64,000 bases of DNA from assembly GCF_009914755.1 (NCBI RefSeq), contig NC_060927.1; one strand, 5' to 3'. The translations under genes and the position numbers were made by a program. This DNA comes from the human T2T-CHM13v2.0 reference genome, Homo sapiens. The notes under the pieces were generated by a model, which was not told the DNA's origin, searched no databases, and saw nothing but the letters and a program-made list of their open reading frames with translations. Shown here in pieces: positions 48,616-64,000 of this stretch; the first letter of the stretch is position 1; each line of letters begins with the position of its first letter.

Positions 48616-49395
48616 TGTATTAATCTGCTTAGTCTTCCATAACAAAATACCACAGACCAGGTGGCACAAACAACAGAAATTTGTTTTCTCAATTCTGGAA
48701 GCTAGAAGTTCATGATCAAGATGCCAGAAAATTTGCTTTCTGGCAAGGATTCTGTTCTTGGCTTATAGATGGCGCTTTTGTTTTTGTGTCTTCATGTAGC
48801 CTTTCTTTTGTGCATGTGGACAGAGTGATCCCTGGCATCACTTCTTTTTTTTTTATAAGGATACTACTTCTATGAAATCATATTCAAAATCTTTATTATT
48901 TCATTTAGCTTAATTATCTCTAACAGATCTGATATGTTTAGGCTTTGTGTCCTCACCCAAATCTATCTCATCTTGAACCCTAATACCGAGGTGTTGAGGG
49001 AGAGACCTGGTGGGAGGTGAACATAGAGGTGGTTCCCCTCATACTGTTCTGGTGACAGTGAGTGAGTTCTCACAAGGTCTGATGGTTTTATAAGGCAGTT
49101 TTCCCTACTCTTGCACACTTTCTCTTTCCTTCCACTATGTGAATAAGGTCTTTGCTTCCCCTTCACATTCTGCCATGATTGTAAGTTTCCTGAGGCCTCC
49201 CAAGCTATGTGGAACTGTAAGTCAGTTAAACCTCCTTCCCTTATAAATTACCCAGTCTCAAGTATTTTTTTATAGCCGTGTGAAAACGGACTAATACTGT
49301 ATCCTATTTACAAATGCAGTCATAGTGGGGGTTGAAGCTTCAACATATCAACATATAAATTGTGGGGGTGGGGGAGAACAATTTAGTACATAACA
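48616..49395 (-). mobile_element. MaLR LTR (MLT1A/B-like) split by THE1D/MSTA
   Basis: TGTATTAATCTGCT...CCATAACAAAATACCACAGAC...TTAGTACATAACA. TSD TTAAT/TTTAT. Confidence 0.8.
48930..49298 (+). mobile_element. MaLR LTR (THE1D/MSTA-like), nested
   Basis: TGATATGTTTAGGCTTTGTGTCCTCACCCAAATCT...GTGTGAAAACGGACTAATAC. Confidence 0.88.
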
Positions 49396-49519
49396 TTTAT
49401 ATTTTGTTGTATAATTAGAACTGATCCTTATTGACAGACTGCTTAGTATAGTCCCTCAGTAATCCCTTGGTTGAGTATATTCAATGTTTACTGGCATTTT
49501 ACACCACATTTTCTAGACA

Positions 49520-50060
49520 TCTCTTGTTTCAAGAAATATTTATTGCACTGCTCAATGTTCAAATACTGTTCTGTAAGTTGAAAAATCTCATGAATAAAAT
49601 GGGAAAAAAAGCCTGCTCAGAAATTTCTTGCATTCTAGTGAGGAGGTGAGACACAATAAATAAAATAAAAACAGTATAACATGGTAAAGATAATAAGTAC
49701 TGTGGTAATGAATATATTATCAAAAATAAATAAAAGAAAGGGGGTAGAGAATAATAAAGGAAGAGTCACAGAATGCAATTTAAAATAGAGCTACCTGGAA
49801 AATTATCTTTGGAAAGGTGGCCTTAAACAGAATTAAAGGAGGTGAAAGACTAAGTTATGTGGATATTTGGAGGAAGAATATTTCAGATAGAGGGAAATGC
49901 AAAGACAAAGGCTGTAATGCAGAAGCATTTCTGACATGCTTAAAGAAGAGCTGAGTCAAGTGCAGTTGGAGCTAAACAAGTGGTTAAGAGGTAGTAGGAA
50001 AGATATTAAGAGAGGCATCAGAAGGGCCTTGGAGGCCATACGGGATTTATGTTTACTCCC
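49520..50060 (-). mobile_element. LINE-2 (L2a-like) fragment
   Basis: AAATATTTATTG...CATTCTAGTGAGGAG...GTGGATATTTGGAGGAAGAATATTTCAGATAGAGGGAAATGCAAAG...GGGCCTTGGAGGCCAT. Confidence 0.7.
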
Positions 50061-50409
50061 TATTAGATTACTTTACTAGGACCTGGGAAAAGGAGTCAAT
50101 GACTCTTGCATGGTCAAGACTGATTTTGTCTAAATCATTTTATTAAACTCAAGTGTGCCTAGGTATAAAATGATTTGGTCACACTTTTCTTCAGTATATT
50201 TGCAAATTTTATTTTATTGTATTCCATTGTGGAATTTTGCTACAGAAAATTTCGATGCTAGTCTCCATTTTTTCACCTTTTGAATAAAAGTTTATTTTGC
50301 CAGATTTTCCAAAAAAATTTTTTTATTTGTAAAGTATATTATTTTTTTTAGATTTTAAAACACGATGTGCCATTTTAATGGTACATTAAGACTTCTATTT
50401 AAATTTGAA

Positions 50410-50440
<31 letters not shown>

Positions 50441-52079
50441 ACAGTTTCCTTTTGGGGCATATGTTGGAGCTTCTTTAGACATTTAAAATATAGATAGCTG
50501 TTTTCTAATTATTTTTAACTCTTCATCCAGACATCATTTTGTTTAATTTACTCATTCATATTTTTATACGGCCTCCACTTGGAAAATTATTCTGCTTCTT
50601 TTAGCATAAAATTTTACTTTCATTTGTATTATGACTCTTTCATTTGTATTATGACTATATCATTTACCTGTTTTTGGAGCTCTTTTCATTTATACTAGAT
50701 TTCTTCCTTTTTGCCATGAGATTTGTTACATAAGCTGTTGTAATTTTGCTTTGTATTCTTGCCTCATAGAGGCAACTGCTTTACTGTGTGTATGTGTATG
50801 GGGGGATGAAGTGGTATGTGTCAGGGTGATTGTCTTTATGTTTATGGAGAATTATTTAGCTACAATATTTTCAAATTCTTTGTAATTATTTTTCTAGTGA
50901 TTGTCTTTGCTTTTAAAATTTGCATGCATTTTTGAGCTTTTTGTAGTTTTTATGATTATTATAGGTCTTATAAATGCTTCCATTTTTCAGAATAGTTATT
51001 TATAAATATAAATAGTTTATATGTAAGTTTCTATTGCAGGAGTTGATAGCTGTGCAAGATATTTTGAGTCATGTAGAACAATTCATAAAGATAAAAAGGT
51101 TTGAGTATGTATTCAATGTTACCTTCAAAACATCTCAGCCAAGCATATAGAGAGATTTGGGTCACCATGCAAATACCTCAACCAACAACTAAGACCCAGA
51201 AACTTTCACTTTCTGAAAATATGGCTTGACTGTGATATTACTTATTAAGCCTCTAATACTTTAGTCTTTAAAGCAAAAGTATGTATTTTCCTCTTTTGGA
51301 AACAAGGGATTTTGCCTTGTACCTGAAGGGGCAGCAGTTAAGTTTGAAATGTACCTTAGATTTTGATACCTGTTGCCATAGGTTCTTCTCTATTCTTCTC
51401 AAATTTATCTCTTCTCTATTTTATTGCTTTGAAAATTCTTTGTATCATTCTATAGTTTTGAGGGTTTTTGGGGATTGGTTTTTATATTTATCTCTGTTTT
51501 TGCCAAATGTAACTTTATGTATTTTTTTTTTGCCCCCTGTTGCTTTTAGGTGATTTTTTTAAGAAGAGTAGGTGACTGTGGGATGCAACATTTGATCTAA
51601 GTTATATTTTTTCAATATTTACTGTTTGCTCTTAATTTTTGTTTTTGTTTTTGTTTTTTACAAACGGTTTTTCATTTACTAGCAATTTAATCTGGACAGG
51701 CTCATTGAAACTAGATTTTCTCCATGTTGTCATGTACAAAAAAGAATCTGTTGCCTTTCTATAAAAAATAAAAGTTTGATAGGACTTAAACATTTTAAAT
51801 CTTTGTTTTTTACCTCAAGGCCATGACAGACATTGTTACAGTATGTCCATACAGTGCACATCCCTGTAGAGACATTTCTCCTAGATTACTGCTGTATCCT
51901 ATTCAAGAGGATAACTTACAATAGATTATGATTCCCATTTTAATCACAATACAATTGATATTTTAGGAAGATTTATGTGTACAGTCACATGTGCAATATG
52001 TTTATAAACCAGAGCTTTAGAGTATCTATTGCAAATAACAGAATTACAAAAATCGAATCCAGGAGTTATCATGTTTTAT

Positions 52080-52650
52080 ACTATGCTGTTAATACTGATG
52101 GTTCTAAGCAACTTTTGCTTGATTTTCAGAAATTTTGTAAGCTTGTCATTCAATAAAACATTATTCAAAATTAAATTCCAAAATTTTAAATAGAATATAT
52201 TAGTACTAATTATATTAGTAGCTCAAAATTCATCACTTCTGAGTATTTCATTACATTTATTATTACTATTCTCTTAGGTTTATTGACGTCTGTTTCTGTA
52301 TGGTGAGAATACTACAACTATGATGCATCTCTTCCAAATTGTGATAACACATTGTAACATGAAATCAGTCACAACTGGAATATTTGCACCTTGAAATAGG
52401 TGAAACTAAAAATCAGGTCTTGGTTTATTTTGTTGTTTCTTTTGTACACACATAAGTGACAGAGAATTTGTTAATATCGTAGATTAAATATCTGGTTCAG
52501 GAAAGAAGTCACACACATCAATAACAAATAAGTGAAGGTTTGACATAGAGCTAAAGCTGAAAGTTTTGAGTTTAATGAATATAATATGTATGATGGTGAT
52601 AAATAGCTTTAGAGTTCATCACATATCAGTTATAATGGGAATAGCTTTAT
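52080..52650 (+). mobile_element. MER63-like hAT (BlackJack-group) DNA transposon fossil
   Basis: TTTTCAGAAATTTTG...CTCAAAATTCATCACTTC...TCTGTATGGTG...GCATCTCTTCC...AAATCAGGTCTTGGTTTATT is collinear with the recalled MER63 consensus. TIRs not resolved. Confidence 0.65.
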
Positions 52651-53248
52651 TGGGATATTGAAACTAGATGATTGACAGGGGAATATGAATATGATAATTT
52701 GATTCTCTGAACTTTAAAGAATTTCATTCGGAAGAAAAAAACATTCTTCTAACTGCCTCAGTAAATCATACTAATAAGCTGAGTGGTATTTAGTTTCTTT
52801 CTCTTTTCATTAATCCACCAATTATGTCTCTCTAAGATATTTCAAGAAGTACAGTTGTCCGTATTTCACGTGATGGCTGCTCTCATTGTTAAAAAAAAAA
52901 AACACAAATTTTTATAAGAACTCAGTGAATACATTTTGCAAGAAGACCAAGCTTTTTAGTCAAGGGCTCTTATTTTCTCATTTTGGATTAGGAGATGGAG
53001 ATAAGAGGTAGATTTACTCAGTCTAGTATTCTGTTAGCAAATAGCTTCAAGGACTTAAACGCAAAAAGCTGTATAGCCCTTAAGATAAAAAATTAAGAAG
53101 CAATTCAAGATTAATCTCGATTTGTGTGATGCTTAAAGCATTTCATTTATATCACAAATAACAAATTGATGAAATAAAAAAGATAAAATGTCTTAATTTT
53201 TAAACTATAAATGTTATCTTAAATGGAATCCACATAGTCAAATATTAG

Positions 53249-54929
<1,681 letters not shown>

Positions 54930-56765
54930 ATATGTTTGGCTGATATCAGTTCAGATTATTCGATACTCCCACATTCTCCCAAATCTGGAAGGTCAATGTT
55001 TATAGATGCATTTTAAAATACATCTATTATAGGAGTATAAAAACTTCTCCCAAAATAAATACTGACTTAAACTGACAACCAACAATTTCTTTTATTGTTT
55101 GTCTGTTGCTTGCTCTATGATGCTAGACAGTGCAAAGGCCATTATATGTATTTTGTTCTTTCATATTTACAATGAGAGTAACATTTGGTTACATTTCATA
55201 TATATTTTTAATAGTTTCTAAAAGTTATTTTTATAATAATATATTAGGTCTTGTGTTCAAATACGTGTGTGTATGTGTACAACATTAACAATGCACATTA
55301 ATATTGATGATAAAGGAACTTCTTACTTTGTGCATGCAAAAAAGATTAAGCCCTTATTTTATAATATTGCTTAAGACAATGTTGATGATACTGAGTAAAG
55401 TTTTCATGAGGTGAACATTGCTAAAATTTACAAAGGGTCTGGTGGTAGGAGTTATATATTTTAATCCAAAGCACCTTCTAACTAAAAACTGAAGTAATTG
55501 TACAACATCATTAAAATATACTTCCACAGATTCTGAGAATCAAATAAAAATTATTTCTTTAATTTCATATCTTCAGTATTTGTAACATTACCCTACTCCA
55601 TAATTAACATATCAATAAATTTCAAAGAAAACATACACATAGAGTACTAAAATCTGAATTTTCCTACTTCCTGTCCATCTGTACCCCCTATCATTTATCA
55701 CCATCTAGACACCCACCATTTAACTAGGGTAAAATAAAAATATACATTTTCTTATTCATTATGGTAAATTTACTATATAAGTTATGCTTTAATGAGCACT
55801 CAGTACTTAAACAGAAGACAGCTTAAGATCCAAGACTGAGATATTAAAATCCAAACATTGCAGCCAGAAAGAATAATTAATAAGATTATCATTAACGGAG
55901 ACACTCTATATCTGTTCCTTATTTAAGCTATTTTCAGCTCAGATTTCGATAAGAAAGTTACTCTTCTTACTAGAGCTTTTGAAATAAAGCACTCATCATT
56001 GGTGAAATGATGTTCAGCAGAGAACCTTCAACTATCAAACTTAGAACAAGAACACTAACCAGGTCTCAAAAATCACAATCAGAAAAAGGCACCATTTACA
56101 GAGCAATACCTAATATACAAGAGAAGGCAATTTTAAAAGGCATATGAGAAACAAAGCAAAACAACCTTTCCCCAAATATTGATAGTGATACTTTTATTTG
56201 AAAACTGAAATAAAGCAAGCAATTGCAGGAATATTAGATAAATTTCGTTGCAATTTTCATAACATGGAAAAATGAGATTGTGGGAGAGACAAGCATGGGT
56301 TAAATACCTCACTAAATATAGAGTGCAAGAGCATTATAACGTGGGCCGTGCAAACAGTAGAACATTTCAAACCTAAGGCCTACTATTGTTGTGGCTAAGT
56401 GTTTTCACCACTTCCTTAGTAAAAAGTTACCATATAGATAAAATAAAATACATTTATAAAACTTTTACAGTCTGTTTTAATCAAATTTACCTCTACATAA
56501 TCCCCATTCTATAAGTTCAGTTATCAACAAACTCCTTCATAAAGAATCCCTTCCTGGATTCTTAGAGTGTATAGGTAGTGATTCTAGATTCAAGAATGAA
56601 AAAAAAATCAATTAAAAAGAGCCTTTTACAGGACATTTTATTTATAAGGCCTATTTTTTTTGTTGGGGTTTTAGACTAATGCAATTACAGTAAATTAAAG
56701 TTTTCACATTTTATATGTAGATATTACAAGTCACATATTCCACAAACTCATTTTGAAATAGCAGA

Positions 56766-57408
<643 letters not shown>

Positions 57409-58379
57409 ATGTAAAGCAGATATCAAGTACATCTGTTTTCTCTACCTTCAACGCTCCAGTCAAATTTTAGCTATTTATTTATTTCCTTGTTTTTTCTTGT
57501 GGCAAGGACTAATGCAATGCATCTTTAGTCAGCCATCTTGCTGACATCACTCCTATATTGACTTTTAAAGTGAATACTGAAAGAAGTAATTGTGGATACT
57601 ACTACTGTTCTTTACAATACAACCCTAGCTGGTTACTGCTACCAAGGGCTATCTATTGCTTAATTATGTCTAATTATATTTTGTTTAATCATCAATTGGG
57701 GACATTAATGTAAGTACAAACGCAAGTACTAGAGGGCTCTTATAAAACTTATAGAGGGCTCGTATAGAACATATATAATGTTCGTAATGTGTGACCTGTA
57801 ATAAGGTAGTAATAATGGCTACGATTTATTAACATGTTTTTATACATAATGAAAACTTTAAACGAGGTATTCAATCTAATCAAAGTTATTTAGATAGCTT
57901 TTCACAAACAATTAGCAGTATCAAATGCAATCAAGAAGCTGCACCACATACTAATATGGTTTTCTTCTATATTTAATTTGCTGAGATTGTTTTTTAATCA
58001 TGTGTGTGGATATTGAATTTTTAATAAGCATTTATTTTGCCAACACTGGGATGACCTTATGAGTATTTTCCTATAATTAATTACTATGATGAAATGCATT
58101 AGTCAAATCTCTAATATTAACTTATCACAGCTTTCCTGGAAAATTTTCAAATGATTTACTACAATCTTATTATATATGCTGGTTTCATTTATTGATTTTA
58201 AAAATATATTTATATCTATATTTTGTCAGAGACTGATACTTTTCTCCCAGAATCTTTTCTCTCTTTCTTCCTTTTCAATATGAAAACATAAATTGTTTTC
58301 CCACAAGCTGTCCAACCTGGTAGAGTTTTAATGGTTCACTTGGCTGCTTAGTTAGGAGACGACATAGCTTGTTTTTTCT

Positions 58380-58722
58380 TGATGTTAGAAGTAAGACGTA
58401 GAATGTAAAGCAAATGATATATGCATTTTCCATGACCTGTACTTAAGAGCAGCTGCTTACCTAATACTTTGTTACTTTTCCTGTGAGTTGGCGTACAAAT
58501 ATTATAGCAGTAAGCCAGATTAATCCATGTTCATGAGATAAATGCCCTAGAAATGATGGAGCCTGAGTATCTGTTTCACCTTGTAGGTCAGAGCTTCCAA
58601 CTAGCCATTCCTTATCTATTTTTATACTTTTATATGTGAGATAAATAAAGTTCTGTCTTACTGAAACCACTGCCTTTGATGTTCTTCTATTACAATAACT
58701 CAGCTTATGTCTTAACTAACAC
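58380..58722 (+). mobile_element. Old MaLR LTR (MLT1I/J-like), degenerate
   Basis: GGAGCCTGAGT...TGTGAGATAAATAAAGTTCTGTCTT...AACCACTG...CTTAACTAACACA. Confidence 0.5.
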
Positions 58723-58754
58723 ACATTGTCTCACATGAGATTAGTGTATAATTT

Positions 58755-59890
58755 CATCCAAACAACTACAGTGAACTCATTTCTGACAAAGGTGCGAAGA
58801 CCTTATACTGGGTGAAAGGGTCTCTTCAATACATGGTGCTGGGAAAATCAGATATTCATATGCAGAAGAATGAAACTAGACCCCTATCTCTCACCATACA
58901 CAAAAATCCAATGCAATGTATTAAAGCCTTAAATGTAACATCTCAAACTATGAAATTACTAAAAGAAAACCTTGGGGAAAATCTGCAGGACGTGGGTTTG
59001 GGCAAAAATTTCATGGGCAATGTCCCACAAGTACAGGCAACAAAAGGCAAAAATGACAAATGAAATCATATCAAGTTTAAATGTTTCTGCACAGCAAAAG
59101 AGTTTGAAGGTTACATAAAAAACTAAAAGTTGAGCTACCGTATGATCCAGCAATTCTACTGCTAGAGTAGGTTTCTTTTGGTATATATCCTCCCCCGCAA
59201 AAAACAAACAAACAAACAAACAAAAAAAAAAAACAAAGCAGTATGTTGAAGACATACCTGCACTCTTATGTTTGTTGCAACACTGTTTACAATAGTAAAG
59301 ATTTGGAAGCAACTTATGTGTCCATCAACAGATGAATAGATAAAGAAAATGTGGTGCCTATACACAATGGAATACCATTCGGCCAAAAAAAGAATGAGGC
59401 CCAGTCATTTGCAGCAACATGGATGAAACTGGAGATTGTCATGATAAATGAAATAAGCCAGGCATTGAAAGACAAACATCACATATTCTCACTTATTTGT
59501 GGGATCTAAAAATCAAAAACATTGAACTCATGGACATAAGAAAGTAGAATCATGGTTGCCAGAGGCTGGTAATGGTAGCAAGGAGTTGGGTTGGTGGGGA
59601 ATTGAGATTAATTAATGGGCACACAAGAAAATAGAAAGAATGAATAAGACCTACTATATAATAGCACAACAGGGCAACTATAGTCAATAATAACTTAGTA
59701 GTATATTTTAAGATAACTTATGGAGTATAATTGGATTGTATGTAACTCAAAGGTTAAATGCTTGAGGGGATGGATCACCCATTCTCCATGATGTGCTTAT
59801 GTCACATTGCATGCCTGTATCAAAACATCTCATGTACCTCATGAATACATACACTTACCATGTACTCAAAAATTAAAAAGAGAAGAAAAT
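58755..59890 (+). mobile_element. L1MA1/2-like LINE-1 3' fragment with an internal deletion near 59100
   Basis: ORF2 3' remnants (CTACAGTGAACTCATTTCTGACAAAGGTG) and an L1MA 3'UTR matching 20915-21220. Confidence 0.88.
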
Positions 59891-60500
59891 TAAAAGTATT
59901 AGATTTTGTTTATTAAATCTGAAAACCCTAAAATTCAAAACCAGAAACCAAGTAAAAAGTTATTTTCTCTTAATAAAAGGAATCTTAATATTGGAAGTCT
60001 GGAACAGCTATGATGCCCAAAGATACCAAAACAGGATTTTCATCCCATACTTGATGCTTCATATAACATGACATAATGTGTATTCAGAAAATTATTTTAA
60101 GACATAAATATTTTCTGGAGACCCTGCCATCATGACAGCTTCTTATAAATAAAGCATGGCAACATAGAAAGTAGAAAAATGGAAGTAACACTCTCCATTT
60201 CCCATATCTTTCCAGAGAGTCCTTCTCCCAAACGCTGTCTTGAACTTAGTCATCTTATTACATAACTATTGCTAACCCTGAGGAATATCAGAAAAAATAT
60301 CTTTACCCAGGGTTAATGTCACCCCCAATGACTTAGAGCTTCTATCAGAAAGGCAGTAAAAAAGTTAGAGATAACTAGACATGTCTGCTACCAATAGTCT
60401 AATGAAAAGCTCCTTTTTTTTTTTTTTTTCAAAATTGCTCTCAGGTTTGTCAAGACTGATGAAAAAGCTTCACAACTTTGAAATATATTTTTTATTTACC

Positions 60501-60794
60501 TTTTTTTTTTTTTTGAGATGGAGTTTCACTCTGTCACCCAGGCTGGAATGCAGTGATGCAATCTCTGCTCATTACAGCCTCCGCCTCCAGGGTTCAAGCA
60601 ATTCTTCTGCCTCAGGCTCATAAGTAGCTGGAATTACAGGCACCTGCCACCGGGCCTGGCTAATTTATTTGTTTTAGTAGAGATGTGGTTTCACCATGTT
60701 AGCCAAGCTGATCTCAAACTCCTGGCCTCAAGCATCTGCCCACCTTGGCCTCCCAAAGTGCTGGGATTAAAGGTGTGAGCCACCAGGCCAGGCC
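60501..60794 (-). mobile_element. Alu SINE (AluS)
   Basis: Poly-T, then GAGATGGAGTTTCACTCTGTCACCCAGGCTGGA...CCTCCCAAAGTGCTGGGATT...GGCC. Confidence 0.95.
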
Positions 60795-61654
60795 ACATGT
60801 TAAAAGTATTTTAACTATTGTTTATAGATATATTTTAATGAATAATTAGAGACACATGTCAATCAGTGTTGGTTGTTAGTGAGTTAATAACTTTTCAATA
60901 CTGTGCACACTCTAACGATTTGAAAATTGGAAAGTTAGAAAATTATGTCTTAAGTAAAAATCTCATAGCCAGCTCAAGTTTTTCACCAAAAGTGCCAATT
61001 TAAAATGACTTGCCTTGACAGGTGACAAATAAAATTGTATTAGAAACAAATAAAATACTTTACCCCTGCATTATTCTGATCTGAACTATACTTTTATCAT
61101 TATAGTGAATATTTCAAAAATGTGTCATAGAATCCTGAAAATTTTAAATAAATATGCAAGAAAACATCATTCTTCAACTTATAAAGCATTGTTGTATTGA
61201 CTGTGGTGACATTTTTGTCAATGAAGTAATGGTCAGAATTACTAAATCAGTTATTCTTCCTGTTTGCATCATTTATACTTGCTTTCTTAAAAAATAAGTG
61301 TGACTCAAGAACATCTTAAAAGTAATAGGTTTCTCTTTAACTCTCTGTTTTGATCTAGTAATTTTTTTAATTGAACATTGAGAGGTATAAAAATTAAATT
61401 GAATCAAAGATTGCAACTCAAAAAATAACAAAGCATTGTGACAGAACCGACCAAACCTTTTTGATGAAGTCATGTTTCTATATGGGGTAAGTCTAAGACA
61501 TGCTAAAACTCTTTCTCAATGAATACTATAATCTAGGAATGGTGATTACAATTCCCAAAGACCCATAAATTGAAAATATGCTACATTATGACATTTCATT
61601 GACAATTACATGATTAAATAATTTAGTAAGAGAAGACATTAGGAAATATTCAAA

Positions 61655-62500
61655 TTTGTATAAATGGGAATGTGTAATGATCATATCAGAGTAATTGAGA
61701 TATCTATAACCTCAAACATTTATCTTTTTGTGTATGGGGATCATTACAATTTTTCTCCTATAGCTGTTTCGAAAAACACAATAAATTATTGTCAACTGTA
61801 ATTTTCTACTGTACTATCAAATACTAGAACTTATTCCTTCTATAAAACTGTATTTTTTGCACATATAATCTAATTTGTCTTCAGTTCTTCACTTGCTTCC
61901 CTTCCATGAGATCCATTTTTTAGCTCCCACATGTGACTGAGAATACTTGAAGTTTGTCTTTCTCTGTCTGGATTATTTTATTTAACATAATACCTCTACC
62001 TCTGTCTATGTTACTTCAAATAACAGGATTTAAGTCTTTTTTATGACCAAATATTCCATTAGATATAAGTACCATTTTTTAAATCCATTCATCCATAATG
62101 GACACAAGTTGATTTCAAATTTTGGCTATTGTGAATAGCACTACAATAAACATGGGAGTGCAGATATCGCTTCAATATACTGATTTCCTTTCTTTTGTGT
62201 ATGTATGTAACAGTGGGATTGTGGGATGACATGGTAGTTTTATTTTTAGTTTGTGAGGAACCTCCACACTATTTTCCATTATGGTTGTATTACTTCACAT
62301 TTCCACTAACAGTATGTAAGCATGTTTTACTTTTTGATTAAAGTCATTTTAACTGGAATGAGATAATATCTCATTGTGGCTTCATTTGCATTTCCCTGAT
62401 AATCAGTAAAATTGAATATTTTTAAACATACTTGTTGGGCATTTGCATGTTGTTAAAGAAATGTCTATTCATGTATTTTGCCCATTTTCTGATTGATTGT
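61655..62500 (-). mobile_element. L1MA4/5-like 3' fragment
   Basis: Antisense 3'UTR and ORF2 end (TTGGCTATTGTGAATAG...AACATGGGAGTGCAGATATC...GAGGAACCTCCACACT). Confidence 0.8.
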
Positions 62501-62509
62501 TTTATTTGC

Positions 62510-62660
62510 CAATGCTCTCATCATAAAAATGTTAAATATTTGAGATGATTAATATGTTAATTAACTCAATTTAATCTTTGCACAGTCTTTAAAATAGTAA
62601 CATTATTATCCTATATAGCTACAGTTATAATTTGTGAATATGTAATTTTTTTTAAAAAAA
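62510..62660 (+). mobile_element. Older L1MA-like 3' terminal fragment
   Basis: TGAGATGATTAATATGTTAATTAACTCAATTTAATC...CAGTTATAATTTG followed by an A-tail. Confidence 0.55.
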
Positions 62661-63642
62661 ACTAACTCGATTATGTTCACAAAGCTGTTAATTGTTAAAG
62701 TCTGGACTTGAATACAGCCTGAATAGCTCTAGGGTTCATATTGCTATATTAGGTTTTAAAAATAAACAAAAAGTCATTTAGTACCAAAGATCATTTCCTT
62801 TAATTAATATCATCCTAACTATGCTCAACACCCATTTGTTTTTTTAAAACGTGGGGTTTGGGGAGGAGAGCGTGAGAAAGAGAAAGGGTGAGTAAGAAGG
62901 GTTAAGAGAAAGGGGAAGGGGGCATTATAATTAAGCATGATTTCATTTGACTTAGTCATCTTAATGCCTACATTGATAAATTACTTACTTTACATACAAG
63001 AGTTGACACCACATGATAGATTCAGAAGATAAAAATTTACAAACATTAAAGATGTGTGAAATTATCCTGTACATTAATCTCAAAAAAAGTATTTGAAGCT
63101 GTTTGAATAATAATTTTGTGATACTTCCAACTGTCTCATATCTCATTTTATATGGCTGAAAACAAAAACTCTGTTTTGAATGAAACAATTTTAATTATTA
63201 TTTATTTATTTTATTTAATCTTGACACAGTAGATATTCCCTACATATTAGCAATATCTAAGTTAATAGCCTAAAAAGAACGATAGCGGTAAGTCACATGA
63301 ATACTAATAGGACAGACTCTAGAAATATAAACAACTCTAAAGTAGATAAATTAAAATAAAGAAAAGCATATGAAAAGCTTATCACTATATGATCTAAGAC
63401 AAGTTATATACCATCCATAAATTTTACTTTCTTTCTCTGCAAAATAGATCTCATTATAGCACTTAACATATAAGCATATTATGAGGAAAAATGTCAGTAT
63501 ATAAAAAATGCATGGAACATAGCATAGCGCATAGTATGTGCTTATATAGCAGAGACTGTCATCATTATTATAATGATAATAATGAAATTATAAGGTGTGT
63601 ATTAATAGCAATTTGATAATGATAGTATGGAAAATGGATTGT

Positions 63643-64000
63643 GTGTAGGAATGGTGACCTTCCCCCTACTCTGAAAATTCAATAATTTAAGTCCGTAAAA
63701 AATATTAGGCAGATTAACAGGAGAAAAAAGTAGGAATTTTAATATGTACATTGTATGTCATTAGGAAACCTCAATGAAAGGTAACTCAAAGTAATGGCAT
63801 AGAATTCTGGCTTACATAACATCTTCAACAAAGAACAGTAAATTTTAGAGAGGTGGTAAGACAAGAAAAGCATTCCGGATGCAGGAAACTGTAGAAAGGT
63901 AAAATTACGCAAAAGGAAACAAATGGAGTAAAGTTTCTAGATTTCTCTGGTGCCATCTCTGAGCTGATAAAAGTTGTCTCAAGCAAAGGATAATTTGTAT
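63643..64000 (-). mobile_element. ERV1-class LTR fragment running off the window end
   Basis: GGCAGATTAACAGGAGAAAA...GTAACTCAAAG...CATCTTCAACAAAGAACAGTAAATTT, a motif pattern related to the MER31/MER89/MER90 group. Confidence 0.5.

Noticed and set aside
61655-62660. Opposite-strand L1MA pieces as a twin-priming inversion
   Set aside because: Both pieces contain 3' terminal sequence and look like different subfamilies, so independent insertions fit better.

Overview
This window is AT-rich, Alu-poor and L1/LTR-dense primate (human-like) genomic DNA, typical of a gene desert or a very large intron. I find no host protein-coding exon, RNA gene or CRISPR array. Every ORF with recognisable protein content comes from a transposable element: L1 ORF2p fragments or decayed ERV pol. 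Main contents: primate L1s (L1PB-like 1-2620, L1PA5-like 10132-12678, an internally deleted L1PA7-like 14833-18840, L1PA4-like 25213-25690, L1PA7-like 30400-31826, L1PA2/3-like 53266-54929), older L1MA/L1M pieces, four Alus and many MaLR LTRs. It also holds a solo LTR12C (35977-37288), a decayed ERVL pol split by later insertions (about 7610-13400), an ERV remnant that appears to lack RT (about 34230-35970), a two-LTR MER65-like provirus with a Leu-type PBS (about 41895-47690) and a MER63-like hAT fossil. Family and subfamily names come from my recall of consensus sequences, not from a database search. The sequence does not support a novel biological system. The most interesting observations are structural: the deleted L1 that fuses 5'UTR to endonuclease, a frameshift-created 474-aa ORF2p C-terminal ORF, the RT-less ERV, several local duplications and a GC-rich 170-bp island.
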